Below are positions 42,679 to 51,067 of a stretch of 51,067 nt of DNA, one piece after another. The notes under the pieces were generated by a model, which searched no databases, had not been told where the DNA came from, and saw only the letters and a program-made list of their open reading frames with translations. The stretch is from the NCBI GenBank assembly GCA_001724265.1, contig MEDY01000210.1, forward strand, positions 1 to 51,067, written 5' to 3'. This stretch comes from Rhizaria sp. SCN 62-66 (lineage: Eukaryota). The position numbers and the translations under genes are program-made. Position 1 is the first letter of the stretch. Each line of letters begins with the position of its first letter.

Positions 42679-45600
42679 ATGCTCTCCGCCCAGTATGCCC
42701 CATAGGTGGGCCCCGACGGCGGAGACTTTTTGCGTCTTCTGTACACAACCACCGTCCCCACAACTCTCCTCGTCCCCATTCCCCCGGCAGCCCTTGCTGC
42801 CGCCGCCGCCTCTGCCTCCGCTGCTGACGCCACATCTTCCGCTGCTGATGCGCAGACGCAGCTTACAGGATTTCTTCCGTTGCTGTTGTCGCTGGTCTCG
42901 TGCGGCGGTAGCGTCAATCTCGCCTGCTGCGGCGCCGCGGCCGGCTCAGACGCGCTGCCCTCACCGCTGCCACGTAGCCATGGGCACCACCAGCAGCAAC
43001 TGCTTCTCAACAGCACCTCGAAATGTGATAGCGCGAACGGCGATGTGGGGAGCAGCCACAGCTACGAGAGTACGAGTGGGTTCAATGCTAGTGGCATTGC
43101 TACGACGCCGTTGCTGTCGGCTCCCGCTCCCGCTCCTGCTGCTTCGACAACCAGTAGCAGTTACAGTGCGACCGCGACAGCAATGCACAACGAGACTAAC
43201 TGCACAGGTGCTTACGCGCTTGGTGACAACAGTGAACGTTATTCGCCCCGCACTCTGACGTACATTCAGCAGAACATGTTTTCTCGCGCCACTAACACAA
43301 CTGCTAATCTCGAGTACTTGCAGTTTCACTTGCCTGCTGGCTCTATCGTCAAAGTCGTCCCCTCCGCAGCATCATCGGACTCTCGCACGCAGCCGCCGTC
43401 GCAGCTGGTGACCGTGTTTGTCGTGCACTGTCCCGCGCCCCTCACCGCTGTCGCTGCCGCCGTCGCTGCTGCTTCGACTGGCATTGCAAACACCGGTGAC
43501 GACGAGAATGACGACGCTTTCTTCGCGGCTGCTGTTGCTGCCGCAAACAACAACAGCAACCTTACGAACGACGCCGACGACAACGATGGTGACGACGAGA
43601 GCAATGAGTACGTCTATGATTACGCAGATTCCGGCTACTTTGCCTCAGCGCGCGGCTCCGTCAACAGCGCCTTCGCGCTGGCCAAGGCCGTCTACAAGTC
43701 GATTCGCGCTGGCATGCGCTCTAGCAACAACAACAGCAGCACGAGCGCGGACAGTCAATCTGTTTCGGGCGGTTATAACAATTTTAGTAGCTACAGTAGC
43801 GGTACTTCTGTGCCGCGGGCTGTTGTGGGACTCAAAGGTTCTGTGTCTCAGTCGTTGCTCGTGCCCACGGTCTCTGTGCCCGCAGCGGCTGCCTCGACTA
43901 GAGCTGCTGCATCGACAGGTAAAGCTACAACCGCTGATGCTGCAGAGGCTGTTGTGAGTGAATGCAGTAACTCCGAGTCAACGTCTTCTGACGGCGACTC
44001 TAAGGGTGTCGACGGCGAGTCTAAGGGTCAGGACCCATTACTCGCACAATCGCTTCACCAGCTTCTTGCATCTCTCTCACCCAGCAACACGACCACAAGT
44101 CCGGGTGCGCATCCTGCGGCCAGCGCGAGCGCGACTGCCAGTGCATCTGCCACTGCGAGCGCGGCCGGTTTGCCGCTCATGGTGACGGCGGCCCACGCTG
44201 TCGGCGTCGTGCGCTGGCTCGCCTGCCACATCGCGGCCTCGCAGCGCGGCGTCGCTCTGAACATGAGCTATACGTTTTCCCGCACGCTCACTCTGGCGAC
44301 CAACGCTGCCGCTGTGAGTCCCCGATTTGATCGGGACCATGGTGACGCAGCTCGCTTGCCCGCTGCGATCGCCGACGCTGCGTTCGACAGTCTCGTCACC
44401 GCGTCGCACCCCAGTGAAACAGGCAGCCATGCGGGGGGCTCTAGGGCGGACGCCAACGCACATGCTTCATGGATTGCACCCCCCACGTTGCCCACCCGCA
44501 CCCCCGCCACTGCGGCGCTAACAACAGCGCTCGCGGCCACCGGCGAGATCCTCGCCGACGATTCCCCCGCTGCATTACTATTGCGACGCCTAGTCGACCG
44601 CGCCCGCACCGCCGACGCCGCCGTGCTGTCCGCTCTCGCGCGCATCGCCACTGGCACTTTTACCGGACCTAAGGGTAGCGCCCCTTGCACCGGCCGCCTC
44701 CGCGTCAGCCCGAGCCTGCTGCTTCCCCCTCTCCCGGCCCCCGGCACCTACATCTGCGGCAGCGGCGAGGCCGCGGGCACGTACCTCTCAGCCGACTGCG
44801 GCGCCGCGGGGCTGCTGGGCGCCGCGTCCAAGGGCGACTGGGGCGCGGTGTGGCACTGGCTGGGGACCGAAAAAATCGCGCTGTCCGGAGTCGTCGTGCG
44901 CAATGTGCTCAAGCAGATGTTGCCACCGGCGGCCGCTCTCGTGCTCGGTCTCACGAATAGCAGTACGCATGGTACCACTGGTGCGGGTGATGACTCAGCA
45001 GCAGCAGCTGCGGCGGCAGCGGCGGCGCATGTCACCGCGTTGCTGAGCAAAGCCGCGCCCGAGGCTCGCGCGCTGCTGAACACGGCGACGTTCATTCTCA
45101 AGTCCATCAAGGGCGTGCGCACCGACGGCAAGGGGAATCTGCTGGTCGCGTATGACTACAGCCAGGGCCAAGCCGCATCTGGCTCCGGCGCGAAGGCGGC
45201 CGCTGCGTCCAAGTCCGCTGCCGTGGCAGGAGGTGCTGCCAAGGCGAAACCTGCTGCTGCTGCTGTGGGCATTGGCGCGAAGGCCGGAGCGAAGGCTGCA
45301 GGTGCGAGCGCCAGCGCCGGCGGCGTGAGCAGCTATGAGATTGTTGTTCCCGCCACGCACACGTGGGTGCTGCCGACAACGCTGACCTCGATCAATACCA
45401 ACATCACGTCGGCGGCCACGGCTGCTGCCTCGAATGTCGCCTCAGACGCGTCCGCAGACGTGGTTGCGAATGTCGTGTCGCGTGCGGTTGGAGCGGCTGT
45501 CAGCGATGCATTCAACGCTGGTATCGCTGCTGGCACGACAATGTCTGTTGCTGCTGCGTCGTCCGTTTTCAGTAGTAGTAGCAACAGGGCGGGCGTTGAC

Positions 45601-46653
45601 GGCAACCCTGCGTTTGTTGAACCTATCTGGAGCAAGACTGACTCGGTCAAGATCACTCTTAAGGACAGCGTCAAGCTCCGGATCAATGCGCCGCGATCTA
45701 TCACCGCGACTATCACACCACTGCCCTCGAGCTCCAGCCTCTATAAGCAAGTCCCTCCGCCGGCCGCAACCGCCCCCGCGCTGCCGACCGCGCCGGTGAC
45801 CGTGACCGTGTGCACCGGCGGCGGCGTCAAGGGCATCGGCGAGGGCGACGTCACGGCCAACCTCGCCGGCGGCTGGCTGTCGCTGGCCCTGTCCGTATCT
45901 CTCGGCTATCACAACCAGCCGTCGAACCATCCGTGCCCACAGTCACCCCACGCGACAGGTGCGAGCGACGATAGCGCCCCCATTCACGCTGCCGCGGACG
46001 AGGCTAGTGCTGCTGCGAACGCTGATATCGCGCTCTTCTCTCCCGCACACGGCCACCCGTTGTATTTCACTCTGGATGCCGCCGCACACAAGGCACTCGC
46101 CACGCTCACGAGCCACATCACTAGCGCTAAGAGCAACCTTGGCACCAGCGCCAGTAACAGCAACAACAATAGCCACAGTGCGAGTGCGAGCGCGGCGACA
46201 CCTGCCGCTGCTGCTGCCGTTGCGGCGGCGCGGCGCGCGCTTGCGGCCTCTGCTGCGACCGCCTACGGGCTCACCGATGCATGGCCCATTGACCCCAGTG
46301 CAAGCGTCCCTTGCCCCAGCACAGCCGCGCGCGACTGCGGTTATAGTCGGAGCACCGTGCAGCTGCAGCTGCAGTGCGACGCCAAGGGCCGCCCCGTGCT
46401 GCCCTTGGACCTCGCCACTCTCCGCCCCGACGAGGCCGCACATGCTGGCGCTAATGCCGATGATGGTGCAGCTCCAGTGTATCGCGAGGCCGAAGACTGG
46501 GTGCGCGGGGTCAACGCCGCGCTCTCGGCCACGCCGCAGGGCCGGCCTGTGGTCGACGCGTGGGGCCGCTGGGTGCCGTCGGGACAGGGCAAGTATTGGC
46601 TTGCGGTCGGGGTCGGGCCGATTGGCGCAAAGATTGCAATCCCCGAGATTTAA
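42679..46653 (+). CDS. Large Ala/Ser-rich hypothetical protein (about 1320 aa); start uncertain, in-frame TAG at 42703-42705
   Basis: Open from 42706 to TAA 46653. The nearest upstream in-frame ATG (42679) is separated by a TAG; the next in-frame ATG is 43183. No domain recognised. Confidence 0.7.
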
Positions 46654-47574
46654 ACACTTTCCGACATGAGTAGCACAACAGTATCCATATTTATTGATTG
46701 TTAAATACTATCCAACAAGTCGACTTGTTGATGCGACTAAATACAAGGAGTGTATGTTGGCTTCTCTTGCACGTTTTCTGGCTAGTATGCGCGCGATACG
46801 GCCTGCCAAGAACCAATTAAATATACGATCAAAAGAGTCCGTGTTGGTATATAAATAAAATACCATAATATTTAAATTCCGTGATCAACTAGCCATAAAG
46901 CCTGCGAATTGTCCCCACCTCAAGATGCGGGCGATCAAGCAAGTGTGCTCTGGCACGGTTCTGAAAAAAGACTGCGAGAGTGTGGTGGTGGAGCGGCGAC
47001 GAGGACACTATAGCCCCGGTTTCGCGACGATACATGCGTGATGCTGAACATCAGATAACTTGTATCAAACCTACCCAGCTGCCACGTGCATGATCTGTCT
47101 ATTTTAAATCTTTGCTTTTTACGGTGACGACAGGGTGTCGTGATATGATTTCAAATTTTGAAACGCTTCTCCCTTTGTCCCAGATTCCAGCGCCCACCTA
47201 ACTATTGCCTTCTCTAGCTCACTCTCACCTTGTCCCACTGTTCTCTCACACCTTTGCCAACATTTACGATTTAATTTATTATCCCCCCTTTTGCTCAGCG
47301 GCCTAGAAAGGATCAACTTCCTCCTCGGACCCGCACATTCCTTCCTACTCGACTACTGCTCAGAAGCTCCAATCCACCCGCAGAGCCCTGTGTATTGTTG
47401 GTTTCAGTCTGTCTGATCCCTTTTGTGATTCCACAACAGAACCACAATAAGGACACCAACTAGAGCCACGAACCACGATCAAGACACACCTGGTCGTTTC
47501 GCTAGAGTTCTTGACGCACGCGAACAAAGAGCAACTTCCCCACAATCGAGCCCTCTCGCAACACACAGCAAACC

Positions 47575-50500
47575 ATGTCTGTGTCCGACAATTCCTCCGC
47601 ATACGCGGCGTCCCTCGCTGCGTCTTCCGCGACCCTGTCTTCCCCCACGGCCTCTGCGCTGATCTACACCACGGCCGACAACGCCGCCGCGCTAGCCGCT
47701 CTCGACGCCGAGCGGCCGCTGGATCCCGACACTCTGCGCTTCATCGACCAGCAGCTTATCGGCGACACGCATCAGGAGGTCTACTACAAGGGCTGGGCCG
47801 ACATCGAGTACGTTGACAAGAAACTCAAGCCGCGCCTCATTGTCGTCTCCACGTTCCGCCTCTACGTCCTCAAGCCTGGCGCGCTGGGCGGTCTCGGCAT
47901 CCGCCAGTCGTTCCCGCTCGCCCACCTCCGCGCAGTGGCCCCCGGCACCGTGCCCTCGGCTGCCGGGCTGCGCCAGGTCTGCCTCACATTTGACGACGAC
48001 GCGGCCGTGCAGAAGGAGTTTTCGCTCCCGCTGGGCAACGGCGGCGCCATCACGCTCGCGCACGCGCGTGTCGACGTCATCCTCCAGGCCGTGCTCTTCG
48101 CCACACAGTCGGTCCGCCACGGCCGCCCCGCCGTGTGCACGGCCGCGCTCACGGGCCCCGCCGCCTCGCCTTCGGTCGCCGCCTGGCTGGCCGGCTTCAA
48201 GCCGCCGTGTCCCGACGCCCAAGACGGGCTGCTGGCTGCGTACCTGGCTGAATGCAACCGCGTCGGCATCGCGCATCGCGTGTCGGTGCTCGACTACTTC
48301 ATGACGTGTTTCCAGCTCGACGACGGCATGTTCGACTTCAAGGCCGCGCTGGCGTTCCTCGACGGCAAGGACTGCACCAAGGACGTCCTCGCCATCGTCT
48401 CGGCACTCAAGTACTCGGCCCTCTTCACCACGCTCGTCTGCGTCGACATCGCGCTCGGCAACAACGCCGCCACCGCGCTCGCCACGGCATTTGACGTGCC
48501 CACCGCTTTCACCAAGCTCGTGCTGGTCAACTGCCGCATCTCGCGCCCCTCGATGACAGCGCTCGGCGCCACCCTGGCTGTACGTCGACTTTGTTCATTG
48601 TTAGAATGTTGTAATTAGGAACATGTTTTTATGCATCTCACGTATATTATTTTTTTGGCTTTTCTTGTTTTCTTGTTTTCTGCGAGCGTAGAAGGGCGGC
48701 CAGAAGCTGGACCACCTGATCATCTCCAAGAACGACATCGGCGACGACGGCGTCATCGCCCTCTCCAAGGGCCTCGGCGACCCGCGCGGCAACCGCCCTG
48801 TGGAGTCTCTGTGTCTTTCTGGCGTCGGCATGGGCTCTAAGGGTCTCCGCGCGTTGACCCAGCTGCTGTCGCAGGGCAACTGGCCCGAGTCGGTGACCAT
48901 TCTCGACCTGTCGGACAACCCGCTGGGCTCCAAGGGCTCCGAGGTGCTGGCGTCGACCGCGGACGGCTACCTCTGCAATCGCACGCTGAAGCTCGACCAA
49001 CTGGCGCTGCGCCGCTGCGACCTGGAGGTGGACCGCATCACTGCCGGACTGCTCTCGGAGAAGTCCGGGCTGATTCACACCACCATGTCGATGCTCGACC
49101 TCAGCGGCAACCGGGTCACCACGAAGGCGCTCTCTCCGCTCACGCAGCTCGTGGCTAGATCACAGTACGTCACTTCACAGATTTACTATTGTCATATGAA
49201 TCTCTTTTAACGTCAATGCATGTTGTTTTTGCAGTGTGGTGATGGGGCACATATCTCACTTTTTACTTTGTTTATTCAATTTTGTTGTTCGTTCACAGGT
49301 TCCTGTCTTGCCTGAGCATCAGCGCGTGCCGCATCGACGCCCCCGCGATCGCGGACCTGCTCTTCGCGGCCCTTAACAACATCCACGGTGTATCTTTCTC
49401 CTTCGACCTTTCGAGCAACGACCTGGGCGCCAAGGGGGCCCGTGACCTGACGTCTCTGCTCGCCGACCGTCTCTCGCGCGCCGGTCTCGCGCCCACGCCG
49501 CAGAGCATCGACACGATCCAGTACCTGGACCTCTCGGACACCGGGCTCGGCCACGAGGGGCTCGCCGCGCTGCCCGGTCTCCTCGCACCCTTCGCGCTGC
49601 GCGGCCTCAAGCTCGACCGCTGCTTCAAGACGTCTTTCTTTGCTAAACCCGCCGAGGCCGGTGCCGCGCTCGCCGCGCTGCTGCCGACGCTGCCGCACCT
49701 GTCCGAGCTCTCGGTCGCGGGCGACTCGGATGCCTATGTGCTGGGCAAGAACCTCGTCGCGATGCTGCGCGCCGCGGCGAAGCACCCGGCGCTCGAGTTC
49801 CTCAACGTGTCGCAGAACCTGCTCGACGACGAGGGCATGCGCGCGCTATGTTCCGCGGCCAGCTCCTCGGCTACGCTGCGGGGACTCGCGCTCGACGGCA
49901 GCCGCTTCACGCTTGAGGGGCTGCGTCTGCTACATGCGGCCGTGCAGCACAACAAGAACATCGTCAACCTGGCACTGCCTGAGGCCGACGTGGCGCGGCT
50001 GATCAAGTCGCTCCCGGCCGAGGGCGTGCGCGCAGTGCAGCAGGTCATCCACGCCATCGACACGGCGCTTGACCGCAACGAGGGCATCGCGGCCTTCATC
50101 GCGAGCAGCGGCGACGACGACCTGCTCATCGACGAAGGCAACGAGGAGGAGGACGACGAGGACAACGGGCCCGTCGTCTCCAGCTCCGTCCCCGGCACGG
50201 CGCCCGCTGCCCCCGCCGCGGCTTACAAGCCCGTCGCCGCCGCTGTCGCTGCGCCTGTGGCCGCCCCCGCCGTGGCCCCTGCCGCGCCAGCCGCGCCAGC
50301 CGCGCCTCCGGCCCGGTCCAAGCGCATGTCGGTCATGCCCGGCATTGTCGCCGCCCCCGACGCCGCCGCCGCCGCCGCCGCTGCCGCCGCCGCTGCTGCC
50401 GCTGCCGCCGCCGCCTCTGCCCCTTCCGCGGAGTCGGGCGCGGCCCCCGCGGCGCCCGCCGTGGCCAAGCCCGCACGTTCGCAGCGCATGTCCGTCGCGG

Positions 50501-51067
50501 CGGGCAGCTACGAGGACATGATGACGGGCCTCAAGAGCAGTAAGGCGCTGCGCAAGATGACCACGCGCTCGCTCGACGCCAGCATTGTCGCCATGGCCGC
50601 CGCCGCTGCCGCTGGACTCACTGAGGACGACTTTAACGGACCCCCCGCCGCCGCCGCTGCTGCTCCTGTTCCTGCTCCTGCTCCTGCGCCTGCGCCTGTG
50701 GCTGTGCCTGTAGCTGCGCCCCCCGCGCCCCCCGCGCCTCCCGCGCCCCCCGCGCCTCCCGCGCCCCCCGCGCCCCCCGCGCCCCCCGCTCCTGCTGCTC
50801 CGGCCGCGCCCCCCGCCCCTGCCGTTGCTTCTTCCGCTCCTGCGGCCCCTGCGGCACCCCCCGCGCCCGCCGTTGCCCCCGCGGCGCCGCCCGCGCCCCC
50901 CGCGCCTGCCGCGCCCGCTGCGCCTGCTGCTGCCCCGGCCGCGCCCCCCGCGCTGCCCGCCGGCTACACCGCCCCCGCGGCCCCCGCTGGGCCGCCCGCG
51001 CTCCCCGCCTCTGCGGAGCCTTCGAGCCCCGCGGTGGCCGAGGCCGGCGCAGGCGACGCAGGCAGCG
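47575..51067 (+). CDS. CARMIL: CARMIL-like (LRRC16) protein: PH-like domain, RI-type LRRs, acidic patch, WH2-like motif and Pro/Ala-rich tail; exons 47575-48579, 48692-49164, 49299->51067 (3' truncated)
   Basis: 'PRLIVVSTFRLYVLK' PH-like start; 'ALKYSALFTTL'; LRRs (ISKNDIGDDG, LDLSDNPLG, LDLSGNRV, FDLSSNDLG, LNVSQNLLDDEG); LRR cap 'HNKNIVNLALPEADV...IDTALDRN'. Frame stays open to the window end. Confidence 0.82.
48580..48691 (+). other. Spliceosomal intron, 112 nt, phase 0
   Basis: GTACGT...GCGTAG, T-rich; joins TLA|KGGQKLDHL. The acceptor is a TAGAAG tandem, so a 3-nt shift is possible. Confidence 0.88.
49165..49298 (+). other. Spliceosomal intron, 134 nt, phase 2
   Basis: GTACGT...TTCACAG, T-rich; CA|G restores the LRR frame (ARSQFLSCLSISACRI). 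Confidence 0.9.
50716..50790 (+). repeat. 9-bp tandem repeat (GCGCCYCCC)n encoding (Ala-Pro-Pro)n
   Basis: Read directly in the CARMIL-like Pro-rich tail. Confidence 0.9.

Noticed and set aside
1-51067. CRISPR arrays, prokaryotic operons, transposases, rRNA
   Set aside because: None seen; repeats are coding microsatellites and the DNA is clearly eukaryotic, with spliceosomal introns.

Overview
Gene-dense, intron-poor nuclear DNA from a unicellular eukaryote. It is probably a flagellated protist with mitochondria (inferred from DRC1, DNAAF5, a CARMIL-like gene, mitochondrial TDH and a LYR protein). GC-rich coding blocks are separated by AT-rich spacers of about 0.25-1.4 kb. I support 12 protein genes: an acidic hypothetical; two secreted S28-peptidase-like paralogues; DNAAF5/HEATR2; DRC1; a giant WW plus 'xxFxP'-repeat protein; a giant EF-hand protein; a polyQ membrane protein with a Cys-paired repeat domain; TDH; a LYR protein; a large hypothetical; and a 3'-truncated CARMIL-like gene. 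Five GT-AG introns were reconstructed, all with GT(A/C)CG donors. The most notable observation is that two apparent genes carry an isolated in-frame TAG, while none of the 11 complete gene models ends in TAG. This could be UAG recoding, readthrough or editing, but nonsense alleles or sequencing errors are not excluded. Also notable: both S28 homologues lack the catalytic Ser, and the polyQ protein carries a repeat domain resembling prokaryotic proteins. No rRNA, tRNA, CRISPR array or mobile element was recognised. Family assignments are motif recognition by eye, not database searches.
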